Counted from the first letter of the whole stretch, positions 26,053 through 37,690 are shown. The stretch: DNA of 63,998 bases, filler included, from Neolecta irregularis DAH-3 (GCA_001929475.1; 8 parts of 8 records of this genome joined end to end with filler, not necessarily neighbours in it); one strand, 5' to 3'. The notes: generated by a model from the sequence alone, not told the origin. Program-made: numbers and translations.

Positions 26053-27651
26053 ATGGCTTCGACACAGCATGTGTCGTCGTCAAATGTAGTCGGTGTGCAT
26101 TATCGGGTTGGTCGGAAGATTGGGGAAGGGTCGTTTGGCGTGATTTTTGAAGGGACAAATCTTTTAAATAACCAGCAAGTCGCAATTAAATTTGCAAGTC
26201 TATTGTAATTGCTTGATGCTAAGTGTGTAGGAGCCGAGAAAGTCAGATGCCCCTCAATTGCGAGATGAATATCGAACATACAAACTTCTTGTTGGATGTT
26301 GTATGCGGGCCCCCTGTTGTACGAGACACCTGACTGATGGGGTTGCTATAGCAGGTATTCCAAATGTGTACTTCTTTGGTCAGGAGGGTTTGCATAATAT
26401 CCTGGTTATTGATCTTCTTGGTCCGTCACTAGAGGATCTATTTGATTGGTGTGGTCGAAGGTTTAGTACGAAGACGGTGGTTCAGGTGGCGAGGCAGATG
26501 GTGAGTGTGGGGAGGAGGGAGGGGCTGAAGGGTAGTTGACGCGGGTGCAGACAATCCACGAGAAGAACTTTATTTATCGGGATATCAAACCGGACAACTT
26601 TCTGATTGGCCGTCCCGGCAGTAAAACGGCGAATCTTGTGCATGTGGTCGACTTTGGGATGGCAAAACAGTACCGGGATCCTAAATCGAAACAACACATT
26701 CTTTATCGGGAGAGGAAAAGCCTTAGCGGGACTGCTCGGTACATGAGCATCAACACGCACCTTGGCCGAGGTAGGCTGCGTTCCGGAGGTCGACGGAGCT
26801 GACGGACAGAACAATCGCGACGAGACGACCTGGAGGCCCTGGGACACGTGTTTATGTACTTTCTGCGCGGAGGGCTGCCGTGGCAAGGACTAAAGGCGGC
26901 TACTAACAAACAAAAGTACGAGAAGATTGGGGAGAAGAAGCAGACGACCGCCATCAAAGACCTGTGCGAAGGGTTCGCTGAGGAGTTTTCGCAGTACCTG
27001 TCGTATGTGCGCGGCCTAGGATTCGAAGACACGCCGGACTATGACTATATGCGCGAGCTGTTTACGCAGGTGCTGAAAAAGGAAGGTGTCGAAGAGGACG
27101 GCGTGTATGACTGGAACCTGCTGAACGGCGGCAAGGGCTGGGAAGCGAATACGGTACGTGGCTCCGTGCCTAGGGTTAGGGTTAGGGTTGGGGCTGACTG
27201 TTTTTGGCAGAAGCATGGCTCGGGCGCCCACAGTCCTCTCGGGGCGGGCTACATGCAGGTTGCAGGAGCCTCCAACATGGAGCTACGGCACCAGGCTGTG
27301 TCTCCGCGGACGAGCCAGACGCCTGCGGGCGGTTTGGCCAACTCGCGGCTCAATGCAGCGCAGCCGGCACCGCCACACGGCGGGGGCGACAAGCCGCGGC
27401 GGACTCGGCGTTCTGCTGCACAGCCACAGTCGGGGCAACCTTCGTCGGGGTCGCGCCAGCAGCACCAGCAGGGCCGGGCACGGCCACACTCGCAGCACCA
27501 CGCCTCCCGCACATCGGGGCCGCAGCACGCACACCCGCAGCCCTCGTCGGCGTCGCCGGCCGCCGCAGAATCGCCTGTGCGCACTTCGTTCTGGGCATCG
27601 CTCGCGCGCTTCTGTTCCTGTTGTATCTCTCCCGCGGTGCGGACATGCTGA
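26053..27651 (+). CDS. casein kinase I, Yck/Cki (membrane-anchored) type
   Basis: [57 protein letters not shown]-terminal FCSCC palmitoylation-type motif. Confidence 0.97.
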
Positions 27652-27723
27652 CCGGCAGAACGGCCCCTCTGTCTTACATATATATCTTTCTAATTGGGCT
27701 ACGTAGGTGGAATACATTTCTTT

Positions 27724-27775
27724 CATTCTGTTCTGGTCTGTTCTGTTCTGTTCTGTTCTGTGCCGTGCCGTGCCT
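27724..27775 (+). repeat. (TTCTG)n microsatellite
   Basis: Direct reading of the sequence. Confidence 0.85.
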
Positions 27776-27942
27776 GTAGCTAGAGCGGCTGCCACACGCC
27801 GGCGCCGCCCCGCTCGACCCAGCGGCCGTACTGGTCCGCCAGNNNNNNNNNNNNNNNNNNNNNNNNNNNNNNNNNNNNNNNNNNNNTTAATTAATTAANN
27901 NNNNNNNNNNNNNNNNNNNNNNNNNNNNNNNNNNNNNNNNNN

Positions 27943-28056
27943 AGGATGGAGGATGGAGGATGGAGGATGGAGGATGGAGGATGGAGGATGGAAGATAGAT
28001 AGAGTGGAGTGGAGGATAGAGGATGGATAGAAAGAGGATGGATAATTGGAGGATGG
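27943..28056 (+). repeat. (GGAGGAT)n heptamer satellite
   Basis: About 7 perfect copies, then degenerate copies, at the contig start. Confidence 0.9.
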
Positions 28057-28064
28057 ATTGCAAC

Positions 28065-28867
28065 ATGGATCCATTCGAGGACGCCCAAAGGCACGCCCCC
28101 CCAAATTCCCTTTGACCCCCAGAGACCTCGCTCTCCAGATAGACCATCTGCGCCAGACCTGCGACTCCTACCTGCGCATCCAGCAAACTGCCCCCGCCTC
28201 CATCCAGCTCGCAAATGCCCGCGCAGACCTCGCCGCCCTCATCGCAGAACTCACGGAAGACATCAGAGATCTCCAGGCAAGCATCGCCGCTGTCCAACCC
28301 ACACCCGCGCGCTTCGGCCTGACTCCAGAACAACTCCGCCAGAGGATATCCTTTGTCGACAGCGCCTCGTCCGATATCAGAGCCGTCGAAAACATCCTCT
28401 GCAACCCCGTTTCACGCGTCCCGGTACCCCCAATCAACCCGGCCCCCCTGACCCAGCAGACACCCCTTCTCCCAGATTCACCCCGCAACGATGTATTCCA
28501 GTTGCAGCAGCACGATTACCTGATGCGCGAACAAGACTCGCAGCTCGAATCAGTCCACACCACTGTGCGTACCATTAGAGATCAAGCTACCTCCATGGGA
28601 AGAGAACTGCAGGACCACCAAGAGCATCCTCCCCAAAGTGTCTCCTCTGACTTTCTCCAGGATCCTGCAAGTGATAGACCATCACGTCGATCAGACAGGC
28701 CATAAACTCCGTCGAGGAATAAAACGTCTGACTACTTTCATTCAGGAAAATGAAGGTTTTCAAATGGTCCCTATTTACCCTAATCTTTAGACTCAAAATC
28801 ATCCTTTTGCATAGGCGTCCTCATTTTCATTCTAATTATCTTGTTACTACTCGTCATCATCGTTTAA
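28065..28867 (+). CDS. TLG1: Qc t-SNARE Tlg1/syntaxin-6
   Basis: MDPFEDAQRDL start, RFGLTPEQLRQRISFV, SNARE helix MREQDSQLESVHTTVRTIRDQATSMGRELQD, C-terminal transmembrane segment. Confidence 0.9.
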
Positions 28868-28880
28868 ATAGACTCGTCCG

Positions 28881-29826
28881 CTATTTATCCGCTTTTACCT
28901 TCTTCTTCTTCGGACCAGCTTGCGTCTCACTGCCACGTTTAGACGTCTCTTTTGACCCGCCCTCGCCGTGATCCAGTTCGACATCAGAATCTACTCATCA
29001 GGTTGTATATAGTTGGGATGTACCGCTGAGGAGATCAATGTCGCTTAGGTTGTCCGTCTGCCCATCAGTGAATGCTTGCAGAAAATATTGAATCGCGTTC
29101 GGAAAGATGTCGTCCGCAAGAAGAACCGCCACCTGTCTTCCATCGTCAAATACATCAGTTTCCTTGCCCTCCCAGCTGAATAGCGAAAAAAAACTAGGCG
29201 TCGCTGATGATTTTTCGTGTGAAATCTTTTTTCCCTGTTTCCACAAAATCTCCACAGCCTCAGACGAATACGATCCTTCTTGATCTTGTTCATTGTAGAC
29301 AAATCTCTTGGATAACACTAGACTTTTTTCCTCCAAGTATTCATTTTCTTCAAACCCAAAAGTAATTGTAAAAGTGCGTGGTTCAGAAAGATCTCGTTCA
29401 ACATACAAATCGTTGATGCAACTAATAAGCTAGTATCATCAGTTTGTTAAAGAGAAAGAATTAACAGGGTGGTCTTGTGGTAGTACATAACTCGCGAATT
29501 CATCGTCGACCGCATCAAACTGTATTGTCAAAGAATGTGATATTTACTACATACCACCGTCGGCCAAAACATCGGTGTTTCTTTAGCTATTTGTCGTCGT
29601 TTCTCAAATACAGGCGTCATGAGTTTGGTTCGGTACTTGACTTGCGGTTATTCCATAATCGCTCAACAAAGTGTACGGATTTCTTGCTCTACGGTGTCAC
29701 TTTCCTTCAACATCAGACATGCATTAACCGACGACATACCTCTTCAATCGAAGCTAGTTTACTGATCATTTCCGGGTTGACTAGTTCTTCGGGAGTGCCG
29801 CTGCTTCCATTCGAGGCAGTGTTCAT
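28881..29826 (-). CDS. NAP/SET/Vps75-family histone chaperone
   Basis: PRTFTITFGFEENEY, LSKRF, EILWKQGK, SFFSLFSW, LADDIFPNAIQYF, acidic tail and NLS PKKKKVK. Confidence 0.88.
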
Positions 29827-29966
29827 GATGGGCAAAGGTTGAGTCGGTTGAAAGAAATTTTAAAATTAAAAAAATCTCTTTTCATGTCTAAACTTGGACA
29901 TACATGTTTTAGGAGAAAAAGTGTTTACGAATAGTAATTAATGTACAAGATCAAACAATCAAGGGA

Positions 29967-30557
29967 TTACATGTTATGCCCCTCTTGCTGGAAGCGGAGG
30001 CCGCCTGATATCAGTCAGGTCTGTAAAGAACATACAGTATCCACATGGCTGCGGTTTAGGTTTATCAATGTTTATAAAGACAGCGGGATGACCTAGTGGT
30101 CCACCACCTTTGATGAGTATATATGTGCCAAGAGACATACCGCCGTCGCAACGGGCAATTCTTCCTTGTACAATTCGAACTGGTTCCCTAGCGATTAATT
30201 CGATGGCGGCGGATGGGTTTGGCTAAGTTTAGTTTATGAATAGATGCATCTCACTTGAGCGGCCATATCCGTCTGTTCAAAGCGCGGGCCAGTCATTGCC
30301 TCTGCTTTGGGTCTTTGGGACAGGGACCATGTGAGATTTCTGTTTGGGGCTTCTGCAGGAATAGACTGGGGGAGTAGTTCAGGCTGGAGTGGAGATGCCT
30401 GGGTGAGTGGCCCTGACGGGCTGATTTTCAATATAGGGCCCGACTGGCTGGATTTAGAGCCCGACTGACCGATTTTCGGACTGACTAGAGTCCGAGTTAA
30501 AGGGCAACGTTTTATATATTTTGATGAATATTTAGCGGGTCGTAAAATGGAGAGCAT
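29967..30557 (-). CDS. NADH:ubiquinone oxidoreductase zinc-binding subunit (NDUFS6, zf-CHCC)
   Basis: WSLSQRPKAEAMTGPRFEQTD, AAIELIAREPVR, CDGG-GGPLGHPAVFINIDKP...CGYCGLRF; mitochondrial presequence-like N-terminus. Confidence 0.93.
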
Positions 30558-30575
30558 GGAGGTTGAGGACTAAAC

Positions 30576-31039
30576 ATGACGTCCAGAGAAGAGCCCAAGG
30601 AGGCCGGGTTGTCTGCCAAAGTTATGAGCATGAAGTTTATGCAGAGGGCACAAGATGCAGAGGAGAGAAAAAGGGTTGAAGAACGGCAAGAGCGGGAGTA
30701 TTCCGAGGCGCACTGGCATTTGACCTTTGTGGAAGGAAAAGAGGAAAAGAGGTAGGGATATCTTTACGCTGCTGAATGGCAGGGACGACAAAGTGGTGTA
30801 TGAGCCGAGCTATGGGGCGTTTGAGGAGGACTTTGGGCGTGTGAGTGGACGGGTGAAATTCGGACTGGGGATTGAGGTAAGAGCGGATGGGGTTGAGCTG
30901 ATTGCAGGATGAGGCGAGTGAGGAGGAGATGGAGAGCGAGGAGGACAAGAAGGCGGAAGAGAGGGCTATTGCCAAGAAGCTGCGCAAGATGACGTCTCTT
31001 AGCGGGGAGAAGGGGGACAAAAGGGGACGGAAGAAATGA
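30576..31039 (+). CDS. Mpp6-like nuclear exosome cofactor
   Basis: LSAKVMSMKFMQR, EAHWHL, SGRVKFG motifs; two short introns; basic C-terminus. Confidence 0.7.
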
Positions 31040-31556
31040 AGAGATGTATTTAAGCTATTTGATGAAGCGGCCGTTGACCAGGGCCTGACGGGCGACGGAT
31101 GAGATGAGCCTAAAGCGGCGGGGGCCGAGCGGGGTTCCGCCAAAGTTGCGGGTGACCACAATGAGGATGTTTTCGAGGTTCTGGGGTTAAAAGGGCAAGG
31201 CGGGGGGNNNNNNNNNNNNNNNNNNNNNNNNNNNNNNNNNNNNNNNNNNNNTTAATTAATTAANNNNNNNNNNNNNNNNNNNNNNNNNNNNNNNNNNNNN
31301 NNNNNNNTTCGCCTTGGGAGCTAGCAGGTGCAGCCTTTTTCACATCTACAGATTCCTCGTCAAATTCCATATCCTCTTCAGATCCAGAGTCCACATCTAT
31401 GGTCAGAGATGGCTGTTGTACTGTATCTGAGGGCTGGGTGTTGGGGTCAACGTATATTCCTGATTCGGATTGTTGCTTTTCAGTGTGTTCAGTGCCAGTT
31501 GTAATGAAATTATTTCCAAGTGTACTCTCACTTTGGAGCATCTCAATATCTAACTA

Positions 31557-32678
31557 TCAGTAATAAGGACTAGATGACAAGAAACCCGAGCTGGAAAAAT
31601 CCTCTACTGGTGGCAGTTCACTACGGTCTAGGTTCTCTATTCTTTGTGCTGCGTAATTTAGCCTGAAAGACAAGAATGAGGTATTACACAATCGCTTCAT
31701 TGTTTCCGCGCCCGGAAAGTCCAGTGGTCTGTCGATATCAAAACTGAGAGTTTCACCATAGGGTTCATAGACAAGAAGCGTCCTTACAACATCCTTGTTA
31801 GCATCCACGGTACTATCCCGGGGATTTCGACCTAGGATCTCGGCATTTTTGTTGATATTGACTCTTAAACCGTAGGGGTACTTGTCGCTTATAGGGAATT
31901 CAACAAAATTTCCTTCTTCATTGTCAACGATCTTCCACGAAAGGCCTTTCTTGCTAGGGTCGTAAAATATTTTTGGAGTCGAAGCTAAAACTGAAGGTAG
32001 AATTTTAGGTTGGGTGGTTGGGTTGTCAATTGCTTCTGCTTCTGCTGAGTTGAAAGGTTGTGATGAATCGATGGATTTGCTACTGGACGCTGTCCCAAAT
32101 CTACGCCTTGAAGAAATTCCATTCCTAAAGGGTTCTGGGGTATTTGGCCTAGGTGTGTCGTCCATCCACTTGGTTTCAGGCATCGTATTACCTATTGTAT
32201 CAGTAGATGGTCTAGGTAGCAACCAACTAGAGCTTGAACCTTCCATTGATGGCAATCTAGTAAGGTCTAGTTTCTCTATTCTTTGCGCTGCGGAATTTAG
32301 TTTGAAAGACAAGAATGAGGTATTACACGATCGCTTCATTGTCTCCGTGCCCGGTAAGTCCAGGGGTCTGTCAACGTTGAAATTGAAAGTTTCTCCGTAG
32401 AGTTCATGGACAAGAAGAGTCCTCACAATGTCATGGTCGGGATCCACGGCACTGTCCCGAGCATCCCGACCAAGGATCTCGGCATTTTTGTTGATATTGA
32501 CCCTTAAACCAAATGGATACTTGTCGCTTGTAGGGAATTCCACAAAATTTCCTTCTTCATTGTCGACGATCTTCCAGGAGAGACCTTTCTTTGTAGGGTC
32601 GCTATATTTGGCTGGGATCCGAACTGAAGAAGCAAGTCCTAATAAAAGGAGGATAAGAATACAACCTCGGAGAACCAT
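31557..32678 (-). CDS. secreted protein with two tandem copies of a ~115-aa domain of unknown family
   Basis: Signal peptide MVLRGCILILLLLGLASS; DPxKKGLSWKIVDNEEGNFVEFP...CNTSFLSF.LN.AAQRIE repeated with a 639-nt period. Confidence 0.85.
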   Translation of the reverse strand: MVLRGCILILLLLGLASSVRIPAKYSDPTKKGLSWKIVDNEEGNFVEFPTSDKYPFGLRVNINKNAEILGRDARDSAVDPDHDIVRTLLVHELYGETFNFNVDRPLDLPGTETMKRSCNTSFLSFKLNSAAQRIEKLDLTRLPSMEGSSSSWLLPRPSTDTIGNTMPETKWMDDTPRPNTPEPFRNGISSRRRFGTASSSKSIDSSQPFNSAEAEAIDNPTTQPKILPSVLASTPKIFYDPSKKGLSWKIVDNEEGNFVEFPISDKYPYGLRVNINKNAEILGRNPRDSTVDANKDVVRTLLVYEPYGETLSFDIDRPLDFPGAETMKRLCNTSFLSFRLNYAAQRIENLDRSELPPVEDFSSSGFLSSSPYY

Positions 32679-33168
32679 GTCGGTAAATAGAAGGCCAGAA
32701 TGCCATTTTCATTTCTATTGAAAAGCATCTTAACTGAGACAACAGGCGTTTTCAGCGGTCAGAGGTCCGTTTCGACTAGAGAATTTCAAAAAGTGGCCGA
32801 GACATTCTTTCCTAGATATGAGACTTACTACGGAGGTTCGAAATGTTACCTGGGCTGAGCGGAGATGATCATGTTCGGAAGGCAGGTATGGGCAGGGCTA
32901 AGTTGGCGAGAAGATTTGGGCCTTGCTGGTTGGGTAGTCAAAGACGGGGTTGGATCGGGCTGGAGGCGAATTTGCGCCAGGTTAGGTGAACATTTGAACT
33001 AGTTGGAGTAAATTTGTGAATATGCAGGTCAAAACGGTGAGATTGGTAGAAAGAGTATGATCAGACAGAAGTCAGAGTCCAGAATTTCCGTATATATCCT
33101 TCCCACATTCGTGCCAAAAGGACATAAAAATGTTTATCTTTCGCCCCAAAACCAAAAGCAAAGTTAGA

Positions 33169-34923
33169 TCAAGCTTCAAAGGTGCCTCCATCTTCAATGC
33201 CGATTTGGTTTTTCTGTAGATATTTATGTCCGATATCCAATAGCCGACCTGCAGCTGAAGCTTCAACTCCTTTTGCTCCATTAGTGAAAGTAGGTATCCA
33301 ACCGAAAACGACGCATTCAATCAACTTTCGACCTTGTTTCCCATAAACTTCAACAAACTGCTTTCCACATATGTCAAAGAAAACCGACCCAAGAAAACAT
33401 GCAGTCCCATCGCAGTTGTCTTTAATTAAATTAAGCAATCGACTTAGGAATTTCCAAGCGTAATAGATAGGAAATGAATTACGAGGATATGGTGTTTGAA
33501 TAACTGCGGACCAAAGAGCGAATATGCCTGATTGACGTTCGTTGTAAGATGCAGCGTCTTCCCATTTTCCATCCTCATAACGATTATATCCCAGTCTTTT
33601 ACGCCCTTCTTCTGTCTATTATATGAGCATAGAAACTTGAGTATTAGATACAGCCCTATCGTACTGAACCCAAGGTATCACCCAGGGACACTTTTTGCAT
33701 AATCTGGCGAAAAAGATGTCTGGAAGCGCCGGATGGTCTGCAAGCAAGGCGACACAGACAAATGCGAGCGGATATGCCGCAATTGGTTTGACTGCAACTT
33801 CCGTCTCTGCTTGGTTCTAATATAGTCAGAAGACATGTTTCCAAGACAGTCTATACCAACGCTGCTTTGCAAAAGAAATTCAAAGTCCATTGATAGACGG
33901 GTTGAGAAACAGCCTTGGAATTTTTGAAGACATTCTCAATATCATTTATCTCGATTATTAGCCATGATAGGGCAAAAAAGAAGGGTACCACACGGTTAAT
34001 CTGCTTTTTAGAAGAAGTCAACTGACCCAGCTTGGGCGTGATCTTTCGTTTCGCATCAAAGCAAAATGCCTTCCAGGTGTTGTTGCAAGAAACTGGTTTC
34101 AATATTGATGTCTTGATGTCCTAAAATATTGGAAAACTGATGATATGAAAGAGTAAAAAATACCTCTAGCTTCAATCGGCATTTCTCAGCTTCCTTCTTG
34201 GCACTGTCAGTCATTCCTGAATGTTTCTTCTCAGCAGCAAGTTTCTCTGAAGCAATTCTATCCCTCTCAAGCTTCTCCGCGCGAGCCTTTTCTTCGTAGG
34301 CTATTCGAGCCTTTTCCTTCTCTGCTTTCTCCTGCTCCTCCTCGGCTTTCCTATGTGCTGCCGCCTGTTCATCTAATCGACGCTCTTCTTGGGCTTTCTT
34401 CCTAATTTCTTCAGCTCTCCTAGCAGCTTCCAGTCGTTTGACCTCCTCCTGCTTTGCTTGTTCGATGGCCTCTTCAATACCGCTCCACAATTCTTTGTTT
34501 CGCCTTCCAAAATCCTCTATTATACGCGATTCTTCTTGTTGTATCTTGATTTGCAAGCTAGAAAGTTTATCTTCTATTTGTGATAGTTCAATGCGCGATG
34601 AAGATTGAGCATGTGTTGCTGTATTTCTGATCCATCTTCTGGCCAAGTTCCTCACATGCGTAATTTCAACTGCCTTTGCCTCAGCTGCTTTCTACGAGTT
34701 GAATATTCCCTTGCAGACATGAGATATGACAAACCCAGACGATATCCTTCGAATGGAGTTCAAAAACCTCCCACTGATCGACTGGATCTTCTGGAAAGAC
34801 AGGGTATTCCTCATCTTCAGAGTCCCAGATCTCATCCTCATAGTTGTGCTGTACTTGCGAAGTGCTTGATATTGATAGGGGTTGAGGAGATCTGTTTTCG
34901 TCTTTGTATGGACTGAAGCGCAT
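33169..34923 (-). CDS. GLE1: mRNA export factor/nucleoporin Gle1
   Basis: Long E/K/A coiled coil, then KRKITPKLGQLT, WTLNFFCKA, YNERQSGIFALWSA, WKFLSRLLN, YGKQGRKL, AAGRL. Confidence 0.88.
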
Positions 34924-35343
34924 AACGCAACTGACCCGCGAATGAATTTTTAGCCAGTCCTATGAATCTCTAGATCATCATGATTAAACATAAAATGATT
35001 TATATAAAAACTCCAGCAATTCAAATATTGTGCTTTTTCTTTTTTGAAATAGCTATGTGACACATCCTGATTCCTCTCAAAACACTAACGATAACTATCT
35101 GATTTATCAGTATTATTTCCCTGCCGTTTACTGCCGATATGCAGCGAAATTTCATTGAATCTAAAGCAAAGCTTCCAGTTCGAACTTTTATTGATGACAT
35201 GATGATTCTCTTGATGTGGATTGATGCGCAGCTCCACTTAGCCTCTCTTTAGTAGATATTCTCTGCTCGGCACTGCCGCATAGACTAAAAAGAAGGCCAA
35301 GTCATAAAAGAATAGCACTGCCATTTTTCCCTACTTTCTGATC

Positions 35344-36396
35344 ATGGTCTACCCTGAGGTTTCTGTGTTCACTCCGCAGAGAAATGGTCGTCATTTAAGA
35401 AGGAAGAATTCAAGCCTAAAGAGTTTGGTGTTAAAGTATCGATAGTATTAATTTCCCTTGACCTGACTGTTGAATCAACAGTTAAAATTACTCATTGTGG
35501 AGTGTGTAGATCGGTGCCCTGCTTATTGAGGAGCTGCAAGTACTGAGCTTGTAAGGACATTCACACCCTTCGTTCTGGATGGGGCGAAGTCGACTATCGT
35601 ATAATGCCACCCGTTCTATGCATCTAACGCCTCTAGCTGTTTGCGTAGGTCATGAAATTGTTGGCTACGCGGTCAAGGTCGGTAAGGATGTCCAAAGCAT
35701 TAAAGTCGGAGATCTCGTCGGAGTGTACACTCGGTTAACCGAACCAAGTCTAAAATAATAGAGGGGCCCAAATACTATCTTGTCTGGAGTGCCGAGCTTG
35801 CAAAACGGAGTACAATCCTGTGACTGCGGCATTTACTAAAGTATAAGTAATGAAAATTATTGCCTTCGCTGGGTTGATACAAGAAGCTGATGCTATGAAG
35901 GTGCATGTTAATTTGGTGGCTGTCTGATCGTCCTAGATGGGCGCTACAAAATTCATTCTAGCGCAGGGTGATGACTGGTCCAATGGACTCGAACGGTCAA
36001 TGGATTTGATTATCTCAACCAATAATAGTGATTCGAACTTCCCCCTTCAAAAATAAATCAGGTTAGATTTTTTATTCACTTACCTTCTGACGTTAAAGAC
36101 TTCTCGATGTAAACGGGAAATTAATCACAGTAGGGCTCCCCGGAGGCACAATTCCTCCGCTAAAAGCTCACGATATGATTTACATGGCTGTTCTATCGGT
36201 TTCGTCGCACATATGTTCTAAGAAGGAATGTCTCTCGATGTTAAGCCTTGCTGCGAGGGCAAATATCAAAAGTTGGATTCAAGAGGTTCAGATCGGCGAG
36301 ATGGAATGCAAGGAAACTATTGAGAATTTTTACAACGGGAAGGCTCTATACCGATATGTTTTCAGTGGATATGGCAAGGTTTTTGTGGATTCTTAG
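35344..36396 (+). pseudogene. NADP-dependent zinc alcohol dehydrogenase (Adh6/CAD-like) pseudogene
   Basis: HCGVCRSDIHT, CVGHEIVG and CLECRAC are retained. There is a frameshift after MVYPE, a jump from ...RWVDT directly to EADAMK (middle of the protein missing), and an apparently lost splice donor near 36055. Confidence 0.8.
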
Positions 36397-37189
36397 AGTC
36401 CCCAATTGATGTCTCTTGGAATGAGCTTTCGCATATTATACATTGATCGCTCAAAACTACGCACTCACATGAAAATTATGGTGGTCAAGGAATTTCAAAT
36501 AAAATTTATTTCCCATCCATACGTGTTTTACAGCAATCATTCCCAATATTAATGCGAGAGAAAGATCTCCTATTTACGAAATTGGTACTCATATTTCTAA
36601 TGTATTTTATAGAGTATCTTGACAGATACAATTCCAGGAGCATCCTCATTCTTCATTATCATAAAGGTTCAGGGTCCTCATGAATCAAAGGGCGAAGATT
36701 GACGCTGGTGGGTTAGGGTGAGCCCCTGCTGTCGGCACGTGACCGAAGCATTGTCAACCTAGAGCTTGTTGCGGAGCTAGTGAAATTTACACTCGTTCTG
36801 AACATTTTCCTATCGCCGTGTCTCACTTTTCAACTCTATAGATTCCTACTCAGAGACAGCTCTAGGACGCCTCCACGCCCACAAGCTGCCCCCGTCTCTC
36901 CTCTCAGTCTCAGCTTATTTCAATCACTATCATAGACCAGACCAAGGCCTCTGGTCTGGTCGGTCTAGTCAATTAGGACCACTGCCTGTTTGGCCTGTTT
37001 GGCCCACCTGTCTTGCCCATCTTGCCCCCCTGTCTTTCCCACCTTGCCCACCTGCCTGTCAGTTCCCTTGCCAATATTTAGATAGATATAAATAATTATA
37101 TACATAATATAGCAATTTATACTTGCTTTTTAACATATTCCTGGTTCATCTCCTCTCCACCAGATTATGTAAGAGGCTAATTATGATTT

Positions 37190-37306
37190 AAATAGCCAAA
37201 TTGAATCAAATAAACCAAATCAAACCACATGAGACCCCCATTAATCAAACCAAATCAAATGGAAGTCCAAATTTGATTTGATTTGATTTGATTTTTAGGA
37301 ACACTG
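37190..37306 (-). mobile_element. hAT-like transposon terminus
   Basis: ATCAA/TTTGA subterminal repeats ending in AGGAACACTG (revcomp CAGTGTTCCT). Confidence 0.6.
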
Positions 37307-37690
37307 ATAGGATTCTTTTGGGCAAAGCTGGGAAGGCAATTGGAAAACTTAATGCTCAACAAGCTCAGCAAGAATCAGTTATTGAACAGCAGTCAGCAGA
37401 AATCAATCATCCATGAGCTTTAGGACAAGAGGTACAGAAAAGGGTTCCAATTGACCCAAATAGCCAATTTGCCATTATTGAAAATATTCAACAGGCAATT
37501 GATGAAGCAACTCAACAAAGGGCAAAATTCGTAGCTAGAGCACCAGAATTAGAAGCTAAAAAAACAGCAAAGACATTAGAAAGAGCTAGTATTTATAACT
37601 GCATGTTCAGCTAAACTTCGAATATACCATTGGGTAGACAAATATATGTGTTGCACAATCTTTTTTGGGTGGCAAGTTTATGGGGGTGTC
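37307..37690 (+). mobile_element. pogo/Fot1-type transposase 3' remnant with right terminal repeat
   Basis: Degenerate frame LLGKAGKAIGKLNAQQA...KRVPIDPNSQFAIIENIQQA with stops; terminus ...TTTTTGGGTGGCAAGTTTATGGGGGTGT. Confidence 0.7.
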
